A stretch of DNA of 64,000 nucleotides from a virus: positions 4,725 through 68,724 of IMG/VR virus record IMGVR_UViG_3300011115_000838; one strand, given 5' to 3'. A program made the translations under genes and the position numbers. The notes under the pieces are model-generated. The model did not search any database and had not been told where the DNA came from. It was given only the letters and a program-made list of their open reading frames with translations. Each line of letters begins with the position of its first letter. The stretch's first letter is position 1. Of this stretch, positions 18,761 through 28,676 are shown piece by piece.

Positions 18761-20145
18761 TGTTTAACCCAAAAGAATTAAATAGGGCATATTACGACAT
18801 AGTAGAGTCTATAAAGACAAAACCATTTACGGTTTTATATGGCGGAAGAAATGCAGCGAAGTCTCACTCAGCCATGCAGTGGTTAGCAAAGACATTATGG
18901 AATGAAGCAGACTCAAATGCGGTTTGGTATCGAAAGGAACAATCTGTATTGAAGTCAAAAGCTTATGAACCAATGAAGAATATAATTGAGAAGAAAGGTT
19001 TATCAAGTTATATGAATTTCACATTCCATAACTTAGCCAAAGAAATTAAATTTCCAAAAGGGAATACTCTCAAATATGACTTCTGTGATGATGGTGGCAA
19101 GTCTAAAGGATACTCAAATATACGATATGTAATTATTGATGAGATTGACCAGCTAACAATTAATGACTTTATGGGGATTGTAACCTCATTTAGAGCAGAT
19201 GATAGGATTAGATTCATTATAATGTTTAATCCAGTATCTGATAAGCATTGGCTTAAAAAGGTATTTTTTGAAGAGAATGCAAAAGATATTGAGGTTTCAT
19301 TTAGAGACTTATCTAATAGATTCCACTACACAATCGAGGATAATAAGTTTGCTACGGAGATGGACTACCTGATGCTTGAAGCATTGAAAGGAGTTGATAT
19401 AAATCAGTATGGAGTACAAAGATTAGGTAAGTGGGGAACAGTAAATGTTGATAATCCATTCTTAGACCGTTTTGTATTTAATATTCACGTAAAGAAAGAT
19501 GTACCCTATTTCAGAGAATATCCAATTTATTTAGGACTTGACTTTGGAAAGTATGATAGTTGCGTAGTAGGACAACATTTTGAAGACTATGAGATTGGAA
19601 GCGATGAAGCACTATACTCTTATTTCTCACCAAATAAACCAGCTAATACACGATTAAAGGATTATCGAAGTAGAGACCTTAGAGCCATAATTCAAGATGT
19701 TGTAAAAGAGTTTGGGAGCGATAATGACTATATAGTATATGGTGATACTTCTGGAGGCTCAGATGAGTTTTCTAAATTTGCTGAAATAAGAAATTACCTA
19801 GAAGACTGTGGCGTAAATGGATACACGGGTGGAAGTATAAAGTTCCCTTACAGGATTAAATTAAGACATAAAGGTAATAGAGCAATATCTAATTGGTGTT
19901 TCTATAGCTATGCCGATAACTATGTGATAGATGCAAAGTGTGAGATTCTCATCAATGACCTACAGCAAGTTAGAGTTGATGAGTTTGGAAACATTGACAA
20001 GAATGATTGTGTAAGACACAACATTGGCCATGTGATGGATGGGAGTAGATATTTAGATGTACTTACTGATGGTGGAAACTTCATAAAAAACAACGGATAT
20101 TACGCAAAAGACATACTTGGAAAGGATACTTCACTAATTTCTTAA
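18760..20145 (+). CDS. terL: Terminase large subunit
   Basis: Walker A-like YGGRNAAKS, Walker B VIIDE, FNP motif, nuclease LGLDFG and HVMDGSRY. Confidence 0.9.
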   Translation: MFNPKELNRAYYDIVESIKTKPFTVLYGGRNAAKSHSAMQWLAKTLWNEADSNAVWYRKEQSVLKSKAYEPMKNIIEKKGLSSYMNFTFHNLAKEIKFPKGNTLKYDFCDDGGKSKGYSNIRYVIIDEIDQLTINDFMGIVTSFRADDRIRFIIMFNPVSDKHWLKKVFFEENAKDIEVSFRDLSNRFHYTIEDNKFATEMDYLMLEALKGVDINQYGVQRLGKWGTVNVDNPFLDRFVFNIHVKKDVPYFREYPIYLGLDFGKYDSCVVGQHFEDYEIGSDEALYSYFSPNKPANTRLKDYRSRDLRAIIQDVVKEFGSDNDYIVYGDTSGGSDEFSKFAEIRNYLEDCGVNGYTGGSIKFPYRIKLRHKGNRAISNWCFYSYADNYVIDAKCEILINDLQQVRVDEFGNIDKNDCVRHNIGHVMDGSRYLDVLTDGGNFIKNNGYYAKDILGKDTSLIS

Positions 20146-20219
20146 AATAATTTAAACAGAAGACTTGACATCTAAAGATACTTTGACTATATTTGTATTC
20201 ACTTAAAAAGGTAGCAAAT

Positions 20220-20855
20220 ATGGAAGCGATTGAGTACAATGGATTTAAGTTTCACTGCACTGATAGATATTATAGGGGCAATGTTATTATTGATGGAAGA
20301 AAGACAAAGATTTTGCTTCATAGATATGTATATATGTGTGAAGTAGGAGAGATACCAGAAAAGCATCACATACATCATAGAGATGGAAATAAGTTAAATA
20401 ACGACATATCAAATTTAGAGTGTTTAACAATGACTGAACACTTTAGATTTCACGGTAGGACTAAAGAGTACAAAGATAGGTTGAGGCTTGTACAGCCTTT
20501 AGGAATGGAAGCAGCGAAAGAATGGCACGCCTCAGAAGAAGGTTTAAAATGGCATTCAGAACACGCAAAGAAAGCATTTGCAAATAAGCCTTTTAGGAAA
20601 ATAACTTGTGGCTTTTGTAACAAAGAGTATGAAACTAATGCGATAGTATCTAAGTTCTGCTCTAACAATTGCAAGTCAGCCAATAGAAGAAAGATATCAA
20701 AAGAGACGGGTTTAGATATGGAAGACAGGAAGTGTAAGACCTGCGATAACGTATTTAACATCAATAAGTATTCAACAAGAGCATTATGTAGAGACTGTTA
20801 CAATTATGGTTGTAATACAAAATACAAAAAAGACTTGTCATTAGAAAACATTTAA
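20220..20855 (+). CDS. HNH endonuclease with C-terminal Zn fingers
   Basis: LHRYVY...HIHHRDGNKLNNDISNLECL..TEH; CxxC pairs; own TATATTTG promoter at 20188-20195. Confidence 0.85.
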   Translation: MEAIEYNGFKFHCTDRYYRGNVIIDGRKTKILLHRYVYMCEVGEIPEKHHIHHRDGNKLNNDISNLECLTMTEHFRFHGRTKEYKDRLRLVQPLGMEAAKEWHASEEGLKWHSEHAKKAFANKPFRKITCGFCNKEYETNAIVSKFCSNNCKSANRRKISKETGLDMEDRKCKTCDNVFNINKYSTRALCRDCYNYGCNTKYKKDLSLENI

Positions 20856-20903
20856 ACTACATTTGTAATTAAAACTTTGCTTTTTTCACATCGAAAGTAA
20901 AAT

Positions 20904-21113
20904 ATGTTTAATAAGTTTATAGAATATATTACTATTTTATTTTTTGGTTTACCTCCATGTAAGCCAAGATATACCTGTTTGCCTGATAAATATTGGGATT
21001 TAAAGTATCAATGTTGGTATTCAAAGTTTTTCTTGATAAGGAAGGTTCTTTTAATAGTAATTTCACTTCTGACAATTCTTTTTTTTGCTATTTTTCATCT
21101 ATTAAAATATTAA
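20904..21113 (+). CDS. Small membrane protein
   Basis: C-terminal hydrophobic helix; TACATTTG promoter upstream. Confidence 0.45.
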   Translation: MFNKFIEYITILFFGLPPCKPRYTCLPDKYWDLKYQCWYSKFFLIRKVLLIVISLLTILFFAIFHLLKY

Positions 21114-21329
21114 TACACTATATGTTTAAGGCATTATTTCTGAGACTTTCAATGAATCTTCCTGACGCTTGGTATGGATTTGCATTTTTGCTTGGATTCT
21201 CGATAAACTATCTATACTCTGCTTTGTTAGATTATATTTTTCGGTAATTCTATCAGATGAAATTTCCCATAATGACCATCTTAGGTGTTTTTTTTGTTTA
21301 ATTAACCATTTCATTTTATTTGTAAAATT

Positions 21330-21363
21330 AAAGCCTACCATCATTGAGATAGTAGGCTTTTTT
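21330..21363. terminator. Bidirectional terminator
   Basis: AAAGCCTAC...GTAGGCTTTTTT between convergent blocks. Confidence 0.65.
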
Positions 21364-21364
21364 A

Positions 21365-21589
21365 TTAATTATTGAATAATTTAACCAAGAACTCTCTTCC
21401 AATTTGAGTCCATTTCCTGTGGTAAACTACTTTTCCACTATCAAGAACTTCCTGCTTAATATCTACATAAGCCAAATCACTATATTTAGAGTATAGAACC
21501 CAAGTTTCATTTTGCTTGTATTGGATACCTAAATCATGTAGCGTTTTGTTTAATTCACTGGCTGATTTTATATCTCCATATATACCCAT
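21365..21589 (-). CDS. Antirepressor C-terminal (KilAC-type) fragment
   Basis: KSASELNKTLHDLGIQYKQNETWVLYSKY...KWTQIGREFL. Confidence 0.75.
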   Translation of the reverse strand: MGIYGDIKSASELNKTLHDLGIQYKQNETWVLYSKYSDLAYVDIKQEVLDSGKVVYHRKWTQIGREFLVKLFNN

Positions 21590-22262
21590 ACGATTTTTTT
21601 ATTTCTCCTTTACAGCATTTTATTAAATTACTGTGATTGTAGCCAAAAGTTTTTTTTAAATCACTGAACTTATCCCATTCTTTAATAAAATTCATATTAA
21701 CATCATACTGAATAACTGGAGTTGTATTAATTGGGGTTAACCCAAGTCTTCTTTTATTACCAATTAAACTTTTTGATATTTTATCTTTAAAATCTTGGCT
21801 TCTTTTAATTCCTTTGGTATAAGAATTTCCTGTATGTTGTTTGGATATTTCTTTGCTACGTTTTTTTTGAGAAATACTCATTTTTTCTCTTACAATTAAT
21901 GACTTTTTTACTCCTTTCATTGATTGTGATATTTTTATTTTTGTTTCTTCTGAGATTGTTTTATTGAAATTACCACCTTGCTCTAAATTGAATCCAAATT
22001 CTCTGTTGTATGATTTAAAATGCTTTATATAAAACATTTCTTTTTCGTTTAATTCATCTTTTGTGCATTCTTCAATAATTTCAAATAAAAAATTATCTAT
22101 TCCATATTTATTAAAACTATGTTGCAAGTGCGTGTTCCAATGACAATTATTGGACAATTCTCTTAAATGTCTTTTACCTCTTATTTCTATATTTAGAGAC
22201 TGTCCAATGTATTTTTTTTGATTAATAACACATTCTATTTTGTATATTCCAATTTTTGACAT
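21555..22262 (-). mobile_element. Free-standing GIY-YIG homing endonuclease (NUMOD3/NUMOD1 tail) inserted in the antirepressor gene
   Basis: GIYKI...KYIGQS...R...H; ISEETKIKIS (NUMOD3); PVIQYD...IKEW...CCKG..K.YGYIW (NUMOD1). Confidence 0.88.
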
Positions 22263-22776
22263 ACTTCATGTATTTAGTGTACGCAAATATACGAATTATA
22301 TATTGATAAGCAAAACAAACTTTACTAATTTCAGTAGATGTGTAGGTCTTATTCACATGAGTCAAAATAGCTACCGTTTTTTCTGCCAACAATTTTGCTT
22401 CTCTTTCAGCCAGTTTTTCTTCTTCTGATTTGACTAATGCTCTAAGTGATGAAAGATAATCTTTTGGCAAATTGTTAGCTAATTGTTTCTCACATTCAAT
22501 AAAATACAATCTCGCATCCCTGCCTTTATCAGAACGCTGTACCATAGAGATTTCTTTTGCACAATCTAAAGTTAAAGCATATTCCTTACTTGGGCGACCT
22601 CCAATACTTTCCCCCAAAAATGAGGAAAAGTCTTTTCCTTCTTCAAATCCATAATCAAACATCCTTTTACACCAATCGGTAAAATCTGTTTTAACTTCTA
22701 AGAACTGATGCAATTCTCTTGCACTCACTACTCTGTTGCCTTCTGCGTTAGTCGACACTTTAATTAATTCTTGCAT
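22222..22776 (-). CDS. AntA/AntB-type antirepressor, N-terminal part
   Basis: VSARELHQFLEVKTDFTDW...YALTLDCAKEISMVQRSDKGRDARLYFIECEK; homology ends at KTYTSTEISK. Confidence 0.85.
   Translation of the reverse strand: MQELIKVSTNAEGNRVVSARELHQFLEVKTDFTDWCKRMFDYGFEEGKDFSSFLGESIGGRPSKEYALTLDCAKEISMVQRSDKGRDARLYFIECEKQLANNLPKDYLSSLRALVKSEEEKLAEREAKLLAEKTVAILTHVNKTYTSTEISKVCFAYQYIIRIFAYTKYMKYVKNWNIQNRMCY
22284..22314 (-). promoter_or_regulatory. Bacteroidota sigmaA promoter for the GIY-YIG gene
   Basis: TTTG-N19-TATATTTG matches the -33/-7 consensus. Confidence 0.75.
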
Positions 22777-22934
22777 TGTATTAAATAAAAAAAGTGGTAG
22801 TTGGCTTTCATCGTTCAGACAGGTGCAAAAAGAACCTACGATTGAGCCAAATACCACTATAATGTCTTTATTTGCTTTCGGTGTCTGAAACCGTCTACAA
22901 ATATAATAAAGTTTGAGTATAATCCAAAATATTA

Positions 22935-23138
22935 TTAATCAAAACTTGTAATTTTTGACATCTTTCTTTTGATTGGGTCATAATATCCATCTTCAATTAA
23001 ATGAGATAAACATTTTATTTGACCAATTAAAACTGCTTCTTGAGTTGTAATGTCATAAATATCTGATTCTTTTTGGATACCAGTGTGTTCTTCGATTAGC
23101 GAATCTCTATATTGCTTCGCTTGTGGCTTGTCCATCAT
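22935..23138 (-). CDS. Hypothetical protein
   Basis: 67-aa ORF in operon context. Confidence 0.55.
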   Translation of the reverse strand: MMDKPQAKQYRDSLIEEHTGIQKESDIYDITTQEAVLIGQIKCLSHLIEDGYYDPIKRKMSKITSFD

Positions 23139-23142
23139 AATA

Positions 23143-23685
23143 TTATAAAATGTTGTTTTTTAAGTAAATTAAAATATCTATTCTATCTTTTTTTTCCAAA
23201 ATCATATTAAATACATTATCCATCTTTTCTAAATAGGAAGATAAATCCACATTAAGCTCTATTGAACTTAATGTATTTTCTTCAAATTCTAATTCAATAC
23301 CAACAATTTTAGCCACAGCATCCTTTTTAAACTTATCAAATTTAATAGATATTTCTATTAAATGACTCCAATCAGAATAAATAATAGAAATTGGCTTGCA
23401 AGTAAAAGGATTAAAAAACTCTTCTTGTAACCTATTATAAAACTCTTCGCTATCATTTCCATTCTCCAATTCATTAACTAGGCTTATAAGTCCTTTTTCT
23501 ATCCTTAAAATGTCTTTTTTTGCAAGAAAACACTCTGCAAAATCAGCAAGAAGTGCTTTTGCTGTATTAATCATTTCCTCAGATGCAAATCCAATAAATA
23601 TTTCATTGGTTCTTCCCCATTGAATATTTTCTTCTATAAAAGAAGTAAGAGAATCGACTGTTTTTTCGTAGTTGCTTAAAATCAT
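23143..23685 (-). CDS. Acidic hypothetical protein
   Basis: 180-aa ORF with TACATTTG promoter upstream. Confidence 0.65.
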   Translation of the reverse strand: MILSNYEKTVDSLTSFIEENIQWGRTNEIFIGFASEEMINTAKALLADFAECFLAKKDILRIEKGLISLVNELENGNDSEEFYNRLQEEFFNPFTCKPISIIYSDWSHLIEISIKFDKFKKDAVAKIVGIELEFEENTLSSIELNVDLSSYLEKMDNVFNMILEKKDRIDILIYLKNNIL

Positions 23686-23796
23686 TTCAATATAGTTGCT
23701 TTTAAATTGATTTATTCTACAAATGTATTATATTGAATTTACAAATGCAAATTAATCTTGATTTTTATTTGTGATTTTTTTTATTTATATTTGTGT

Positions 23797-25662
23797 ATGG
23801 CGTACAGAATATACATAGCTAACTTTGAGGTTGAAGAACGTCTTATTGATGGATTTGACTCTATTAAGGTTCAAAAAGACCTAAAGGATGTATATTGGGG
23901 TTATTGGAACGAAGATGGTTTTGGATTTGGCACAGAAGGTGGAACTAAAGTAACCATTATGGATGAGTTAGCTTCTGCCTACATTCGTAAAGTATTTGAG
24001 AGAGATGGATTCTCTGCCAATATTGATGTACAGATTATTAATGAAGAAACTGGACAAAAGGTTGACTTGTTGATAGACTTTGCTGATTATGCAGAAGTTG
24101 ATTGCTGTTTTGTTCAATGCTCTTTTGCACCAAAAGGTGGAGGAAGTTTGTTGGCAAGTAGGGAAAAGGTAAACTATGCACTTCAATTAACAGAAGATAT
24201 TCAAGTTCCAATTAGAGAGTTACCTACAAGAGCTAACTTTTCAATCCCAGCAATCACCGTTAATGATTTAGCCTATAAAAATCACTATATTCCTTTATTA
24301 GTTGGAGAAAATACTTTTGAAGGTGGAGAACGCAATAACGTATTATATACTGAAATAAAAGAGTTTGCTACGTTTAGCGAATCAAATTGTATCAATATAG
24401 AAGGCTCTATAAAGCTAACTGTTAGTGCAGCCAATAGTGGTACATTTAAGTCATACTTGAAGGTTAATTCAACAGTAGATTTGATTGACATCTACCCTAT
24501 TACGACCACACCTGTTGACCAAACAATTACGATTAGTAAACAAATAAATGTAAATACTGGAGACAAGGTATATTTATATATTGAATCTCAAATAACTACT
24601 ACATCTATTGAGTTTCAATACGATTCAGCATCAATTGGAATAAGTATTGAAAAGTGTTCAACTGCTCCGATAGAATGGAGAACAGTAAAGGCAATAAGTG
24701 TAAGAAATGCTTTTGCTACAATAATTAGAAACGCAACTAATCAAACATCATCACTTGTTGAATACATATTTGATGATTGTGATTTTGATGGATACTTGAC
24801 AAATAATGATGGATTACAAGGCATAAAAAGCACAATAAATGTAACATTATTGAAGTTATTTGAAGAGTTGAATAACAAGTTCCCTGCTTCAATAGACATA
24901 ACTGGTAATAGTGTTCGTGTTATATCAAGGTGTGATTTTTTAACTTTTCAATCACCTTATAGAATAGAACCAACTGATATAACTAGAGAAGTAAATACAC
25001 AGTTACTATATTCAGATGTAAAAGTTGGATATAACAATTGGAAGGCAGAAGGCAAGTTTGGCTCATTAGAATATAATTCTGCAAGAGATTATCAAACAGC
25101 ATTTACTATATCATCTAGCTCTCTTTCTCTATTAAATGATTGGAGTAGTTCTTCTTCAATCATATCTGAACAGATTCTAAAGAAGAAAGAAAAGGAAGAA
25201 ATTCATTGGATAATAGTTAAAGATGCAGTTGCTGGAGTTAAATATGCTGAAACAGATGAATATATTGATGCAAATGTTTATCAAAATGACCGTGCTATTA
25301 ATTTAAGGATTACTCCTACAAGAAACTTATACAGGTGGAGAAAGTTTATATTGTCTGATTTAAGGTTTGCTGGTGGAAGTGGGAACTATAATTTTTATTC
25401 TAGTGATATTTTAAGTTGTGGATGTATAAATGAGCCATCAGAAGTAGATGAAAATCAAGACATAAATAGTGAATCAATACTTGGAAAGTTTGTTTATAAT
25501 ATAGAACTTGATACTTGTGGAATTGATATTGCAAAACTAAAAGGCTCTATAACATTTGACTATTGCGGAAAAGAAGTTAAAGCATTTGTCAAATCAGTAG
25601 AATATTCGATTTCACAAACCAAGAGCGAAATAATCACAGTCAGAGCGTTAGAACTAAATTAA
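23797..25662 (+). CDS. Putative tail tip/baseplate protein
   Basis: About 620 aa, beta-rich; TATATTTG at 23786-23793 precedes the ATG at 23797. Confidence 0.55.
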   Translation: MAYRIYIANFEVEERLIDGFDSIKVQKDLKDVYWGYWNEDGFGFGTEGGTKVTIMDELASAYIRKVFERDGFSANIDVQIINEETGQKVDLLIDFADYAEVDCCFVQCSFAPKGGGSLLASREKVNYALQLTEDIQVPIRELPTRANFSIPAITVNDLAYKNHYIPLLVGENTFEGGERNNVLYTEIKEFATFSESNCINIEGSIKLTVSAANSGTFKSYLKVNSTVDLIDIYPITTTPVDQTITISKQINVNTGDKVYLYIESQITTTSIEFQYDSASIGISIEKCSTAPIEWRTVKAISVRNAFATIIRNATNQTSSLVEYIFDDCDFDGYLTNNDGLQGIKSTINVTLLKLFEELNNKFPASIDITGNSVRVISRCDFLTFQSPYRIEPTDITREVNTQLLYSDVKVGYNNWKAEGKFGSLEYNSARDYQTAFTISSSSLSLLNDWSSSSSIISEQILKKKEKEEIHWIIVKDAVAGVKYAETDEYIDANVYQNDRAINLRITPTRNLYRWRKFILSDLRFAGGSGNYNFYSSDILSCGCINEPSEVDENQDINSESILGKFVYNIELDTCGIDIAKLKGSITFDYCGKEVKAFVKSVEYSISQTKSEIITVRALELN

Positions 25663-25721
25663 TATGAAACTATATTACATCAGTTGCACTTTACCTTATA
25701 ATGTAACCATTTTTTATCACT

Positions 25722-26792
25722 ATGTTTGATTTCTCAGTAAAACAGATGGGATTCTCATCTGACATTAATGACCCAAAAGATTTAACGCCAATCAATATTC
25801 CTGTTGGTGAGTTATGGTCATTAAGTGTTCCTAAGACTGCATTAGGTTGTGACAAATTAAAAGTTGTGACAATAAAAAATACATCTACTGTAATAGATGA
25901 AAACTGCGAATGTGAAATAGAAGTAAACACTGTAATGAGTAAATCTTGTCTATATCATATACCTAATGATAATAAGACTTATTTAAATATTGCAATAAAC
26001 GATAAGAATAATATTCCAAGATTTGATATAATAGTAGATGAGAATGAAATATTTGAGTTTCAAGGTGGAAGTTATGATGAGCTTTTGACCTTGATTGAAT
26101 ATATGGACTTGGGAATAGACGAATTAGGCTATGGCATTAGATTATATTTTGACAGGAAATATAATGGAATGACTGCCACAATAACAAGAACAGACCAAGT
26201 ATATTTACTATCAGATAAATTTTGCTTAAACCTCTCTAAGTATGTAGGATTGACTTTTGGAATGTGTGAGATAGGCTGTTATAGATTAGCTTTTGTAAAA
26301 ACAGATTTAACTGTTATAGCGATGTCTAATCAATTCAATGTTATAAAAAAGCCTGAAAATGGCACTCAAGTAGTTGAGTATTACAAAGACAATATTTACC
26401 ATCGCCACAGGATTAAAATGGCGTTAGGCTCGCCAAAGTTTCCAACAGAAGAAGAGCAAAAGATATTATCAAATGGAGATATATCTATCTCAAATGTAAT
26501 TATAAGAACTCAAAGAGATTTTGCTACATCAGCATTAACGCAGAAGCAACATTTAGAACTTATATCAGTATTTAAGAATGAATTTAAAGTCAATGGAAGT
26601 AAAGCACTTTTAGTTGGCTCTTATAGTAATGAGCAAGAAGATATGAGAGGCAATACCATTGGAAGTGGAACACTTAACTTTAAAGATGAGTCTATTATAA
26701 ACCTTGATTCTTGTACTAATGCTTGTACAACTGGAAGTAGTTTTAGATTTGAAGTTTATGAAACTGAAAGAGTTGGAAGCATAATGGGTTGA
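25722..26792 (+). CDS. Putative tail protein
   Basis: 356 aa, Cys-rich, co-transcribed with the previous gene. Confidence 0.5.
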   Translation: MFDFSVKQMGFSSDINDPKDLTPINIPVGELWSLSVPKTALGCDKLKVVTIKNTSTVIDENCECEIEVNTVMSKSCLYHIPNDNKTYLNIAINDKNNIPRFDIIVDENEIFEFQGGSYDELLTLIEYMDLGIDELGYGIRLYFDRKYNGMTATITRTDQVYLLSDKFCLNLSKYVGLTFGMCEIGCYRLAFVKTDLTVIAMSNQFNVIKKPENGTQVVEYYKDNIYHRHRIKMALGSPKFPTEEEQKILSNGDISISNVIIRTQRDFATSALTQKQHLELISVFKNEFKVNGSKALLVGSYSNEQEDMRGNTIGSGTLNFKDESIINLDSCTNACTTGSSFRFEVYETERVGSIMG

Positions 26793-26800
26793 AATAATGG

Positions 26801-27004
26801 CTAAGAGATTAACTTCTTAGCCATTATTTTTTTCACAAGACCTTCTCTTAGACTATTTGAACCAATGTATGCAAATAGAATGTCAACAAATCTTTTGCCC
26901 ATATCATAGGCTTCTTGTCTTAGTACTTTCTCTACTTGTGTTCTTGATAAGACAATATTCAAATCCTCTTCAATAATATCTACTAGGTCTAATACTTTGC
27001 TCAT
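26801..27004 (-). CDS. Hypothetical protein
   Basis: Coupled (ATGA) to the upstream gene. Confidence 0.55.
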   Translation of the reverse strand: MSKVLDLVDIIEEDLNIVLSRTQVEKVLRQEAYDMGKRFVDILFAYIGSNSLREGLVKKIMAKKLIS

Positions 27005-27432
27005 TCTTCTATGTAATAAAGTTCTTGTAAATAGTTCTCATTTATAAAATTGAATAACTTTTTTCCTTCTTCTGAGTTTGGGTCAAAGTCAGTTACTACC
27101 ATCTTTTTCTTATCATCTGCCAATCTTAGCAAATCTGCATAAGTTATTTTCATTGTCTTCTCTCCTTTGTTATAGAAATCAGCAACTAACTCATACTCTA
27201 AATAAACAAAGCACTCCTTAATCAAGTATTTGCCATAATCCATAATATCCTTATTAAAGAGAAATAAGTCAAAAGTACTTTCTTTGTCTTCTAAAGATAC
27301 TTGCAGGTAAGGATTTCCATTCTTTGATATTCTTTCCTTACACTCACTGACTACAGCAAAAGTGCATCCGTATTTTTGACTAAAAACATCTCTTAGATTC
27401 TTATATCTTGGGTATGAATATCTAATTTCCAT
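27001..27432 (-). CDS. Stand-alone OB-fold protein resembling the DnaE C-terminal OB domain
   Basis: AVVSECKERISKNGNPYLQVSLEDKESTFDLFLF. Confidence 0.6.
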   Translation of the reverse strand: MEIRYSYPRYKNLRDVFSQKYGCTFAVVSECKERISKNGNPYLQVSLEDKESTFDLFLFNKDIMDYGKYLIKECFVYLEYELVADFYNKGEKTMKITYADLLRLADDKKKMVVTDFDPNSEEGKKLFNFINENYLQELYYIEE

Positions 27433-27435
27433 TGT

Positions 27436-27849
27436 TTAATATCCTTTTAAAATTTTTTTTAAGTCTGGTTTAACATATAAATCAGATTTCAGTACTTTAC
27501 CTCGTGGTTTTTTAGGGTCATAAATACCTTTACCATTGATAATAGGCTTTCCATTCTCATCCAGCTTTGACATATTTGACCTATGCACCTCGTTGAACAT
27601 TGGTATAAAAAGCTCTTCTAAGCCATGCTTTCTGATAGTTCCTAGTAGAACATACATTTGGTCGACTAGGGCATCGGCTATGCCTAATAAATTATCAAAA
27701 AGAGCGGCTTCGAGATATTCTTCGTTCTCCTCTTTCATTAGATTGTACCTTAAATTGCACTTTTCAAAGTCTAGTTCAGAAGGGAAAGGTGCTTCTTTTA
27801 TTCTGAATGCCTTAGCAAACTCACCTACCATTTCAATTTGTTCTTTCAT
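27436..27849 (-). CDS. MazG-like / PRA-PH nucleotide pyrophosphohydrolase
   Basis: LMKEENEEYLEA...IADALVDQMYV...FNEVHRSNMSKL...GKVLKS. Confidence 0.88.
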   Translation of the reverse strand: MKEQIEMVGEFAKAFRIKEAPFPSELDFEKCNLRYNLMKEENEEYLEAALFDNLLGIADALVDQMYVLLGTIRKHGLEELFIPMFNEVHRSNMSKLDENGKPIINGKGIYDPKKPRGKVLKSDLYVKPDLKKILKGY

Positions 27850-27854
27850 TATTT

Positions 27855-28475
27855 TTAGTTGTTTATGCTTTCTGCTACTATTTTTAAATGCTTAATCCTT
27901 GAATCTTTACCAACACCTTTACTAATTAAGTTTGTATTTACTTTTTGAAGAAGAGTAATGTTTATTAGCTCTTTTTCACTTAACTCATTTCTACTTTTAT
28001 CTATCGTATTTGACAACTCCCTAATCATATTGGCTTCTTTGATATATAGATAAGGGTCTGGCTTGCATCCTCTAAATTCTATGTGTTTGTCTAAAATCAT
28101 AGCACACATTTCTTTAAAATAATCTCCTGCATCATGTCTCGATATTATTAGACCGTCTAAAACCATATCTATAACTTTAGACTTAAACTCTACACTAATC
28201 CACATTGCGAAATCTATAAACAATTTTGGATGCATCCAAGTTATACCATCACTAAATCTTCCACCTTTAGAAAAATAAGCATTTTCAATTCCTTCTTTCT
28301 TTAATTGCTCGATATAATCTTTTGTTTCTTTTAAAGATTTGAAATTTTGAATTAACTTCTTATTACCAAAATTTTTACTATTCCATGCTTCTATTAATTC
28401 ATTAGCATTAAAATAATTATCTTTTGTTCTCTGAATAAATCCATCCTCTCTCAACATTATTTGATTTGTTTTCAT
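27855..28475 (-). CDS. KilA-N domain protein
   Basis: MKTNQIMLR...QRTKDNYFNANEL...TWMHPKLFIDFAMWIS. Confidence 0.85.
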   Translation of the reverse strand: MKTNQIMLREDGFIQRTKDNYFNANELIEAWNSKNFGNKKLIQNFKSLKETKDYIEQLKKEGIENAYFSKGGRFSDGITWMHPKLFIDFAMWISVEFKSKVIDMVLDGLIISRHDAGDYFKEMCAMILDKHIEFRGCKPDPYLYIKEANMIRELSNTIDKSRNELSEKELINITLLQKVNTNLISKGVGKDSRIKHLKIVAESINN

Positions 28476-28676
28476 TATATTATAATTATTTACGTTAAAT
28501 ATTTATGCAAATATAATTATAATAAAATTAAATTACAATACTTTGGTAAAAAATATTTTTAGAATGTAATTATAATATGATTGTATCTATTGCTTTTGAA
28601 AGTTTTTTTTCTCTCAAACTAATAATTACAATCAGACAAATTCACAAAATTGACATAGTACGCATTGCGGGCTATG

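Noticed and set aside
21572-22320. Group I intron around the GIY-YIG gene
   Set aside because: Only about 60 nt of non-coding flank, which is a promoter; no P7 or other core elements visible
25664-25729. Short ORF that might frameshift into 25722..26792
   Set aside because: Only a T6 run supports it, and the downstream ORF has its own ATG
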